NCBI RefSeq assembly: GCF_018977255.1
Contig: NW_024704742.1
Span: forward strand, 102,736,001-102,800,000
DNA from: Callorhinchus milii
Lineage: Eukaryota
Reading direction: 5' to 3'
DNA length: 64,000 nucleotides
Part shown: positions 36,401-48,400 of the stretch, in pieces
How the letters are laid out: each line of letters starts with the position of its first letter
Position numbering within the stretch: the stretch's first letter is position 1
Notes under the pieces: generated by a model
What the model saw: only the letters and a program-made list of their open reading frames with translations
Told to the model about the DNA's origin: nothing
Databases searched by the model: none
Made by a program: the position numbers and the translations under genes

Positions 36401-39400
36401 TCCCAAATAGTCCAAAATAAGCCAATAAGCTATAGCCTTAATTAGCTTTCCTTGAAATCTGTTCCAGCATAGGATGAAAGAGTTCAGGAAGACCAGGCCG
36501 AGAGATTCGGCACTCACACAAAGAGGCAGCTAATGGTTTATTCACAGTGGGTTACAAGTATGGTAAGGTACAAGTAAAAATAAAGAAAGGTGTGACAGGA
36601 CTAACACAGCACAAGATTCCAATACAACTGCAAAAGAAGTTGTAATAGGGGAGGGTGGGAAAATGGAGGTGATAGCTAAGAGGGAAACAGCTAAACATAA
36701 CCAGGAATGGCAGAACCCTGAAATTTAAAAATAGACAATACTCTGCAAGTAAATATGCATCTCACAAAGAGATAGACTTGAAGTGTCCTCAACAACAATG
36801 GTTATTGTGCCCTCGATGCAGGATAGCGTCTCAAGAGTGCTTAATGATGGTGTAGTCCGATTCCGAACTGGGGAGTAAAAGCAGATAACCATAGGCACGG
36901 CTGAAAAGGAAAGCTTTTCAGTGCGATCTGAAGAGGGCAAAGAGGGAAATAGGTGGAGGGATAGAGGTAGGGAGCTCATATGGAGAAAGCAATGGTTGGG
37001 ATCTAAAAAGTGGAAACATTACATTTTGTACGGATTGCAGGCAAATTTCAAAGGGATGTAAATATTGTCAAAAATAATAATATAATGTTTTCGGACACTA
37101 ACTTATCTTTAGCTATTTTGGGGTTCTGCGTGTTAGTAGTTATGGTGCAAATATTTTCTCTGAGGATCTTTTGAGTTTATAGGTTTGGATTCTTTCTACT
37201 GTTGGGAAAATCACACAATTTCTGAGCTGCAGACAACCTGCCCCAAACTCGTGTGAAACTAAGACCCTTTTAGTGGTTTTCATGGACCACTGTATTTACA
37301 ATAGACAGGCACAAATACATCACAGGAAGTTAAGATGTAAAATTAATGCTTTTGTCCCATTAACTCCACAAATGTTGTCAGCCAAATTCATACACATAAG
37401 TAATGGTCAGTACATGACTTAGGGTGTCTATGTATCTTATTGTTGTAATATCCAAACTTATGTATGTTCAGCAATTTTTCACCACATTGGAATTGAAAAT
37501 GAGGGTCTCACAATAGGAATCAGCACAGAATCATAAATACTGAATATTGTCATTCACTGGATGTGTGTCAGGTAACATTTTCTTCATAGTGGCTGCAGGT
37601 CAGAATGACAGCAGATCAGAGTGACGCACTTCTGGTTACAGTTTGGTTTCTCTATTTACAAATCTTAAATGGATTTAAGATTTGTAAATAGAGTTAAATA
37701 AATGCAAATGAGAGGATCAAGGTTCGATTTCCGGATGGAGCAAAACCTTAGGCAAAACCTTATTCGTACCCACACACCTCTGTTTACCTAGCAGTACGTA
37801 GGAACCCAGGTGGATCACTTTCCAGAGGTAATAATCCCACCAACAAAAAAAATTGGTCACTCAATCTATGACTGTTTGTGGGACACTACTGTGCACAATT
37901 GGCTGCCACGTTTCGTCTGCAAAATACAGTCAATCTACTTTACAAAATATTCTGTGAATCACTTTGAGACGTATCAACGACTTGATGAGGTGCTATATCA
38001 AATGCACAGGTTATTATTATTATTATTATCTTCAAATTCTGCTGTAAATACTCCCTTTATGGACTCCCCCAGGTACAATTTATAACGACAGGTCTCACAC
38101 TGGATGCTGGATGCAAGTGCAATGCTAAACCCACCCGTCTCACCCAACATAAAAGAGGGACCGTTTATTAAAAACAAATACACAAATGGCCTTGCCAGAC
38201 AGCCATCTGTTTAACTGGCTACCACAGTGATTCATGAGGAGTAAAAGCACAGTTTAACGAGTCAACATTCTGAATAATGCTGAACTGGGCAACTTCATTA
38301 ATTCTTAAACTAAGTAAATTAAACCATTAAAATCACAAAATCTGTTTCTGATCAACTCTGTGAGTGCACTGATCACTCGCACGCAGGTTAGCAATACACT
38401 CACTGTTTTAGTGGAAGTCAGCCAGTTCACACTGCAATGCACTGCTGCCAGTTAACACTGCAAAAACCATTTTCCTAGCTTTCCAAAGCTTTCCAAAACT
38501 TTCCATTCTACCACATATTCATTGTTATACACTCATTATAATACATCAAAATCAATGGTTTGGGATTATTAAAAGGAAATCATTCTGGATCATGCAGAAT
38601 ATAATGTATATATATTATATATAGCAGTGGAACAGGAGGGGATTGGCCAGGCAGGAAATTCCCATGTTTCTATGCACTATGCACTGAATTACTTCACTAC
38701 TTAAACCAAAGTAGAAGTCACTGGGAACACTCAGCAGGTCAGGCAACTGATGAAGGGTTGTGGATTCGAAACGTTGACTCACTTTCCTTTCTCCATAGAT
38801 GCTAACCTGACCTGCTGAGTGTTCCCAGCGACTTCTGTTTTTGTTTCAGATTTCCAGCATCTGCAGTATTTTGTGATTTATTTCACTACTTAATTTGGCT
38901 TCCTTGAAATTACAGGATGAAGGAGACATAGTGGCACAGGGAGTTGGTACAGAATTACCCCTGCCACTGTGCATTCCAGATGTTGACCCCACTCCCATTG
39001 GAAGTCTTTGAATGAAAGGCAGGTGCTTCCTCACAGGAAGTGCAGAAAGACTGGAGAAGCACGCACTCTAGCCTGCTCTGATCTAATATTTGGCTATACA
39101 GCAGCAATGGTAGAGCCTTGGAAGGAAGTTGACAAGTTGTCATTTGACAGTCTTTTTTTTACTCACAAACTCTGAGAGGTGTGGGGCACCTACAGAAAAA
39201 TTCAAATAGATTAAAAATAGACCAAGAAACATTAAGCAAAGCAAGACAATAACACCTGAGCACATCTAATCCTTTGCTAAACCCACCATTTGCAAATGAT
39301 GCCACAAATCATTAGACACAACATTGGAATAGGAGAACGTCTTGAGGTAGGTCTGTAAAACAAAGGGAAAAACCTGATACAGCCTGTCCAAGGAAGCGAA

Positions 39401-42400
39401 AAATAATGCTATGAAGAGGATTAACACTCAACTATTGCCTTCACTACAGCATAACACCAGCAGAAAGCTTTGCCTTTGATGCTACATTTGTACTGCACAC
39501 TTCAAAGAAAATCATAGAGATTTTGGCAACAATTCACTGCCAAACCTGCTGTAGAAATAAGGGCTCAGGTAGCACTAATTACACAGGAGCCCTACTCCAG
39601 GGTTTGCACCCGAGCTGGGTGTGGGGGCCAAGACACCATGGGGTGAAGGGGGATAAAGATGCCGAAAGTGCGGTCAGGGAGGAAGGTCTTGAGGCAGATC
39701 TTGAAGGAGGCAAGGGAAGGGATGAGTCAAAGGGATTCCAGGGTGGAGTTTCCAAGAGTGGGGACAGATAGCCTGAAAGCCCACATGCTGATGGGATGGT
39801 GGGTTGGAAGGGGTGGGAGACATGAAGCAGGGCATGCCTGCTGAACAGAGGGAGTGGCCAGGGCTGTTAGCGTGTGAGGCGGTAGGGTGACATAAGACCA
39901 CAGAGAAATTTAATGGTTAGGATGATAATTTTGGACTTGATCCGCTCAGTAGCCAGTGGAGCTGGACGAGACTGGGGGCGATAGGCTCAGAGACTACTGC
40001 AGGAAGGACATGATCTACACAGTTGTGGATAGTTTGCAGCTTGTGAAGGGAAGAGACTGGTAGTCTGATGGGTAGAGAGTTAGCACATTCTAGACTGGAT
40101 GTGATGAATGCTTTATTGATGTTCTTTAATAAAGTTAATAACCACCTACTCAATTTTGTTGTTTTGTAGTATAAACCTGTTTCCTCATCACTAAAGTGCC
40201 AGCAATTTGAATGAAACTGCTTCATGCCAGACTTTGAATCATAATTTCTATTTATAAAGAGATTGCTGGCCCCCAACCCAAGCAAGGTCCATTTCAAACT
40301 CACCCTGAGCCCTTTGACAAGCAGTTCCTCAGTCAGAAACGCAGAGGCCATGCGGATAACAAGAGCGCCCTGTAATACAAAGAGGAAACATTGGCTCAAT
40401 TTCTTAATCAAGAAATCCAAATGGGGGCTTCGACCATTAACTGGAATTTTGTAATGCACAAGGAATCCCGCTCTGAAAATAGATCAAGTTCCAGTAGAGA
40501 TCCTGAGAGTCAGGGACTCTCACAAAAATGATCCAACCTCTTCCCCCCCACACCTCAAATGTCTAACTAACCCAGTGCTAAAAATGCTCACCCAGAATTT
40601 ACCTTTCTGTAAGTGATATCATCAAATAACTGCCTGATGTCGTGAGGTGTCTGAATGTTTTCTTCCTTTAGTGACACAGGGTGTGAGGAAGCATCGTAGT
40701 CCAGGCCAAGCATGTAGGGTACCAAGTGTTCTAACAATTGGTTGTCCTAAAATAAATCACAATAACTGAGTGATGTAATCAGCGCCAACAATATTATGTA
40801 TCACATTTCTACCAGGGATCATAGAAATCTATCCTGAGGTTATTTCACATTGGAAGAGATGGAAAACACCTTCCTGATTTGTGAAAAGAAAAGAATTAGC
40901 ATTTCAAAAGATTTTTGTGAATGGGGTTAACTGAGATTATTTAGAAAGAGGGACTGCTATTGCAATAAACTAGTTGCTAAAACATCCAAATTAATCTGAA
41001 CCATAATGAGCACGTGTATTTGTTACACAATGGCTTCTTGTAGTTAGGATACTGATGACAGAATGACGTTTCTGACTTACCAGCAGAACTTAAAAAAGAA
41101 AACCAATCACTGTGGGGCAGGAATTTCTCCCAATTACTTCCTGGATAATGCTACAAGCCAACGCCCTAATGCATAGGATGGTCCTGGTTCAAATTTCCCC
41201 CTGAAGTTAATAGTGATTGTACAGATGTAACTTGAACTCATATCGCCTTTAATGAGATGCATAACATGCTAATTCTCTTATAGAAGGCTTGATGTATTGT
41301 ATCATCTTACCAATTCAGAGTAATTTCCCACATGAGCACTACCTAAATGTTCGAAATACGATGAAATTCCTTCGTTTAGCCATAGATCATTCCACCACTT
41401 CATTGTGACGAGGTTTCCAAACCACTTCAAAAGAAAGCAGAAAACAATTTGAATTAAATATTGCAGAACATCAAATTTATCTAAGATATCTTCAAACAGC
41501 CCTATTTTGTAGGATTTGTGACATTGCTTGACCATCTTTTAAGCTTGTGCGAGGGAAGTGCAGTAATTTGTGATCACTTAAACACATGTTTTGGAAGTTT
41601 CTGTGCTGCCAGTGGCACAAACATTTTTAATTTATGTTTGTAGTCAAGCACATTCAACCTCTATTTGGCGACATGGTGCAGGTACTCTGCTGTCTATGGG
41701 CATACATTCTTTCACATCCACGATCTATTGATCAGGAAAAAAGACAATAAGTACTATGTAGTTGGGAATAGTACCTGAATTTGACTGGCATTTCTCTCCA
41801 CTACTTTGAAGAGATAAGTAAAATATTTATTGAAGTTGTTTCTGATGAAACACATCTCACCAGTTCTGGCCAGGTTCCACTGGCTCCCCATCACTGAATG
41901 GATCGACTTCAAGATCCTCACTCTTGTGTTCAAATCCATTCACTGCCTGGCACCTCCCTAACTCTCCGCGAACTTCTCACTCCCCACTCCACCACCCGGC
42001 ACCTCCGCTCGACTGGGACTGGTCTCTTGCTCATCCCTCACACCCTCCGCCCACCATCGGAGGTCGTGCTTTCAGCCACTGCGTCCCAAAACTCTGAGAC
42101 ACTCTCCCTTGATCCCTCCGCCTTGCCCCGTCTCTCCCCTCTTTCAAATCTTGCCTGAAAACTTTCCTGTTCGACCGTGCTTAAGGCCATCTCTCCCCTC
42201 CATGGATCGGAGTCAAGCTCTGCCACTGTTAAGTGCTCTGAGATGCAACCCTGTGTGGAGGGTACTATATAAGTGCAACTTGTTGTTGTAGAAGATACAC
42301 CATCTCATTTTCGTTTCCCATTCAGCCAAATCAAAGAGGTGGGGGGAGAGGTACCTGGCAGTAGACCAGTGTCTCAGCAGAGTTCCTGAGGGTCACATCC

Positions 42401-45400
42401 AGGTTACCTAGTGGGCTGCTGCTTCCTGTGAGCTGTATCCATGTGCCTACAGAATTTGATATTTACAGATGCTTTTGTGAATCTTATAAATTGGGTGCTA
42501 ATTTAAGAATTTTCTTCAATTCTGTGCAACCTTAAATTATAATAATTCCCGCGCCCCCCCACCTCCCAAAATTTGGTCACTCAATCCGCGACTGTTTGTG
42601 GGAAGTCTCTGTGCCCATTTCATTCCCAAATTCACAGTCAGTCCACTTTCCGATGTATACTGCAAAGCGCTTTATCAATTGCAAGGATTATTCTTAAGAC
42701 AAAACGCTAAGAATAGGTGGAATTTCTAGGCTCGTAAAAGAGCATAGAATGTATGATGGCTTCTCAGCAAGCATTCATATCAGTCACTCCTCTGCTGAGC
42801 ATATTATCTGTGGCAGCTGGAGTTTATTTTAGTAATCTGGAGCAGCAACAAGGCAAAATGGCAACCAGCTTGAGTGTGGAGAAAGTTTATGTTAGTCAGG
42901 GAACATCTGATAAATATAAATAACACATTTGTTCTGAGTGTATTTTGAATTAATAAGTAAAGGCATAAAGATTTGAATTAGTGTTCATCCCATTGAAAAC
43001 TTTTGATTCACGAAGCGACTAAAAAATGGTTGCAAATTCAAACAAAGACTTTCCACAGTGATGTAGCTTAGCTGATGACCTTTGATCTGAGGAAAGCCTG
43101 ACCCTGTGCACAAGGCACTGGCTTCACAGCTTGTTTAGCACAAGTAGCATACAGGGAGATCGGACTGCAGCTCTTACCCTAACATATTTATGAAGCAGAA
43201 CAAATTTAATCACATTTAAATATCTCAAAGTTTGTCAGAATTTTTTCCTTTAAGGTGTTGTGACTGTGTATTTGTAGGCAAACATGGCACCTGATTTGCG
43301 CACAAGAATATCATCACACAAAATGTCATGAAGTGAATAACCAATTTTTCACTCTGGGGATTGTTGTCTAGGATATCAGGAGAAACTCCCTTCTCTTTTT
43401 GAATAGTACCAAGGGATCCTTAATGTTGACCTGAGGTAGAATCGACCTCGGTTTAACGTTTAGGTGAAGAGTCCTGAGGAACATTGCATGTGACCATGCA
43501 GAGGCAGGAAGAGAAGACAACTGATAAGACATAGACAAGATACTGGACTAGTTAAAGTGAAACCAGGAAACTGCAGTGTCAATGGAGATGGACAGGGAGG
43601 GAAGATGGTGAAGAAGGATGGGATGGTCAACAATGTGGTATGCTCCGCTATTCACTAGCTTAAAAAATTGTAGCCAATATTAAATCCTCTGGATGAAACC
43701 ATTACCCGAAAGTGGTGGAGGTGTTCACCTTCTAGCCTGTCCTTATGGAAAGCTTTTAAGGGCACATACTATAGTAACCACATTTTCTGTCCATGTGATA
43801 ATTATCACCGAAGCTAATCAATTATCACATCACATACCCGGATACACATTCAGTTTGTCTCCTTACTGCACTATTGCTGAGTTCTGTGTGTTGTTACCAA
43901 TGTATTACCAGCTCTGTGCAACCAAGCAATTTCCTCTGTTCCACAAGTAAATGACGCCCACTCACCCAACAATTTTAAATGATAACTATCAAGAATCACA
44001 GAATGAACAGTGTTCCAAACTACTCCCGCACTCCTCCCTTCTCTTTCTTCTCCTCCCCTTCACGCCCTCATTCTTTGCCCTCTCCTCTTCCACTATCCTC
44101 CCAACCTCTTCCTAGAACTATAGAAATTTAAAACACAGAAGGCCATTTAGTCCACCGGATATGTGCTGGCTCTTGAGAGCAATCCTTTCAGTTCTAATTA
44201 CCTGCCCTTTCCCTCCCTTCTTCTCCTGTTCCTTCTACCCCTCTGCTCTACCCTCCTCCTCCTCCTCCCCTCCCTTTGCCTCTCACCTCCTTCTGATTCT
44301 CTTCCTTTCGCCAACATATATAACATATATCATTATAGCAATAGAAAGAATTGCAAAGACATTGCGCAGACGTGCCTGATGTGCCAGCTCATGTGAAATC
44401 ATCAAGGTAATGGCATTTTTATTCTCAGAGGTTTTCTCCTTCGGGTCACATAACAGAGAATCATTTTTGAACATCAACAGACCCCAGTTTTCCATCGCAC
44501 TTGCTTCAAATTCTGGCAATGCTATTAGATCTACAAGGGTAAGAATACTATGAGTAGATGAGTCAACGATGCAGTAAAAAAAAACAGCCAGCCTAAATAA
44601 ATAGACCTGTGTAAGAGTCCCATTTCCGCTAAGAGAGTTGTGAAGTCAGAATACAATTTAGTTAATTTTATTCTTAAGGGTGGACAATAAGACAATGAAA
44701 TTGATCTTGTTTTTTTAAGGCTAATGCAACAATCATTGTATTGTAGGTAATTAAATGATAGCCTTTCACAAAGTTAACAATCATAATAATAATAAAGGAG
44801 AGTACATTTTCTGTAGATATTGTTTCTCAACTTGAAATCATATTTGTATTAAAGTATGTTCTAAATCAATTATATTTGCCTTTAGCAAGTACCATGACCA
44901 GCTTACCTTCCCCCAACTCCACAAAATCGCCCGGCTCCACCAATGTCTCACGCCGCAGGCCACCAAAACCCTCATACAGGCTTTCATTACATCGAGGCTT
45001 GACTATGCAAATTCATTGCTTGTCGGCCTCCCCAACTCCTCCCTCCATAGACTGCAGATCATCCAGAACTCTGCAGCCTGCGTCCTCTCCCGTACGAGAC
45101 TCCATGACCCTATCACTCCCATCCTTGTCCGACTCCACTGGCTTCCCATCATACAGAGGATGCAGTTCAAGATCCTGTTCCTCACCTTCAAAGCCCTCCA
45201 TGGTCTGGCTTCCCCCCACCTCTGCAACCTCCTAACCCCCTACCATGCCGCCCGCTTCCGCCGCATAGCAGGCTCCGGGCTGCTTCACATTCCCCGCCTC
45301 GCTCGCGCTACTATTAGCGGGTGGGCCTTCTCCCACTCTGCCCCCACCCTTTGGAACTCCATCCCGCAGTCCCTCCACCTCGCCCCCTCCCTTGCCTCTT

Positions 45401-48400
45401 TCAAGACCCATCTCAAGACTCTCTTCTTTGACTGTGCTTTCCCCCTTACCCTTCACCCTCCCCAACCCCGAGCCCCAGCTCAGGTCTGAAACTCTGTCTG
45501 TCCAGCTCCTTGGGACGTTCTCCCGACGTGAAAGGCCCTATATAAATGTAATTTTGCTGTTGTTGTTGTTATCACAATATAATGTCTGAAACTGTGACAG
45601 GTAATGTCTCTAATGTGTAGTGTCTGTATTTGTAAATGAACTAGCAGAAATTCATACCAGCACAGTCTCACGAACAGCCACAAAGTAAATTCCCAATTCA
45701 TCTGAAGCATTGTTGGCCAGAGAACCCAGAGAAATTTACAATCTATTTTCAATGGTGTCATAGGATCTTTAATGTCCTCCTGAATGGAGGTTTTCGGTTT
45801 CATTCAAAATATTGTAGCTCAAACATGCAGAGCTCACACAGCACTGCACTGGAGTGTGAGCCTAGATTATGAGATAAAATGTAAATGGGGCTTCTGACCC
45901 AAAGATGAGAGTGCTACAATTGAGTCAAATCAATACATAAATTCAAGATATGCAAGATAAAGAAATAACAGTAGAGTTGAAACTAATGATCAGATTAATT
46001 ATCATTGCACATATAATTGAGTGACTTGAGTTGGCTTCATTCTGAGCTGTAAGCATAAAGCCCACAAAGAGTGACCTTACCTGCCTTGGGGAGAGGATAA
46101 CTTATATTATAATATGTTTCAAAGAACTGAAGTAATGGGCCTGTGATGTTCAATGCGTGCTGAGCTTCACCATTTAATATGGATTCCTTCTTTGCCCAAA
46201 TACGAATCTGAAAAAGAATTTAAAAATCATTTACGAAGAGAAGAAAGTAATTCTGAATTCAGGTTTGGATTTAATTCTAAGTGTATCATCTGCCCCTCAG
46301 GTTACGTAACTCTGCGCCCTTACCTATGAATCTATTATCCTCACTTGCTAGGATAACAGTTTAGATGTTTGGTGGCATTGTCAAACATCACATCCTTAAC
46401 TATCCCCTGTGTAAACTTACAAATTAGTGAGCAAAGCTTGCCTCTGTCTCATCTTTAAAAATCATCAAGAAAATTCAATTTTTTCATCCAGGCAGAAGAT
46501 CGATTAAAAACTTAGAGAAACCAACTTTATTTACTGAGTTTCCTGTTCTGCAGTGTTGAAGTGCCACCTCAGAGCTGAAAGTGTTTCAAAAAAGGAATTC
46601 CCTCTGATTTTCACCGATGATAATTAAGGAACAAATTTGTAATGTTGGATAACATGTCCCTTGTTATAGTGAAATCACTATACAACTTTGCAAAATTTTA
46701 CCCAGCGTGTTTCAATTTATATTGCTTACATTTGAGTTCCAGAGGCAGTTTATCTTGTAAACACATGACATGAGGGTGCCTTTCCAGTATCCTGATTGAT
46801 TTTCAACTGAGAGAGACTTTATTATGTTGCTCGGAGTAACTGTGTGACCCATGATCCAAATTCAAAAAAACAGCCCCTTCCCCCTCCACACAACCCCTGC
46901 AGAAGCTGTATTTACCTCTGTGTCACCGTAAGTTGTGCCAATGAAATCATAGTCGCAAATGGCAAGTGCAACTATGTAGGTGGACATTTTCACAGTGGTA
47001 TTAAATGTTGTAACATTCCATATCCCATCATCTTCCAGTTTTTCTGAAACAGCTAAAAGTGGAAAGCAATAAAGTGATGAATAAAGCACCATTTTTGTAA
47101 ATGTCTGTAGCAAAACAGTGAAAAGGCCAGAATTGGGCGGACTAGTACGGACTTTCATCTCTAGCAGAGAAAATTATTTGAAAATGCTTCAGTACAGGAG
47201 CTCTGGGTGACAAGTAGTTTAGAGGTGAAAGATAAGCATCTTTTCATTGGCAGAATCCTGTCTTGGATCCAATAAATGAGGAAGAGTCAGATAGAGTGGC
47301 AGAGAGAGTGAGAGAAGAGTTGACACAGTGTAACACTACAGTGACAGTGTAACTCCTGATGGAAGATTTTTTTAGTTAGCACCGTAGCCAATTTGTATTT
47401 TGAGTGATGTCCAACTAGTCACAATGTCTGTCTATCCACAATGAAGCCGATCCCAATTAGTGTAGTTAATCATTCAACAATATCCTGTGAAGCGCTTCGA
47501 GACGTTTCAACAACGTGATAAGGCGCTATATCAAATGCAAAGATTATTATTATTATAATTGTGTTCACTAATAAACCATCTGTTTAGTTAGTATTTGTTT
47601 GCTTTCAAACCAACCAGATGGACCAGAATTATCTTTTCTGATCCTTTCCATTCCTACATGGCACAAAATCTGGTTTGCCATTTAAGTTTTATTCTATTAT
47701 TTATCTCCTTTGTTCTCAATAGTTGTTTTCAGCATCTTAATGTTGTCCAATCTTATCACTCACTTCCTGTCTCTTCTTGCAAATGCAAACTTAATATTAA
47801 ATAAACACATACTAATAATAGAGATGGGTTAGGAAGAATGTGCACTGGACTGCATTTGAAGCAGAATGCAGTCACTCATATTGTGTTTCATAATTTATTA
47901 TTATGCATTTTAATGAATATGTACCATATTAAGCCTTGTAAATACTTAACATTGTGTGGATGTAGGAAGCCATTCTGCACACAATTTTCCTCTATAAAAT
48001 TATGCCGTCAGCTTGAAAAAGAGGAATATGAAAGAATATGGGAGGAAGCAAGAGAATGAGCTCAGATTTGGCGGCTTGTGTGAAATAAAGCACAAATGTA
48101 GACTTGATTACCTGAATGGTGTGTTTCTGTGCTGCAACTTTTCATGATTCTATGTGACATATCTTTACATTGTTATATAAGTATCTGGGAGGATCCTAAA
48201 TGTGATAATGCTACCACAGCTGCTTATAATAATCCTTGATTTTGATACAATACCTTATCACGTTGCCCAGATGTCTCAAAACGCTTCACATAATCTTACT
48301 GTGAAGTGTAGTAACTGTGTATTTTGTGGACGAACGTGGCAGCCAATTTGCATACACAAATGCCTCACAAACAGCCATGAAGTGAACAACCAATTTTTTT

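Noticed and set aside
39917..40459. 180-aa minus-strand ORF
   Set aside because: Chance read-through of real exon 8 (22 aa) into intron and L2 sequence.
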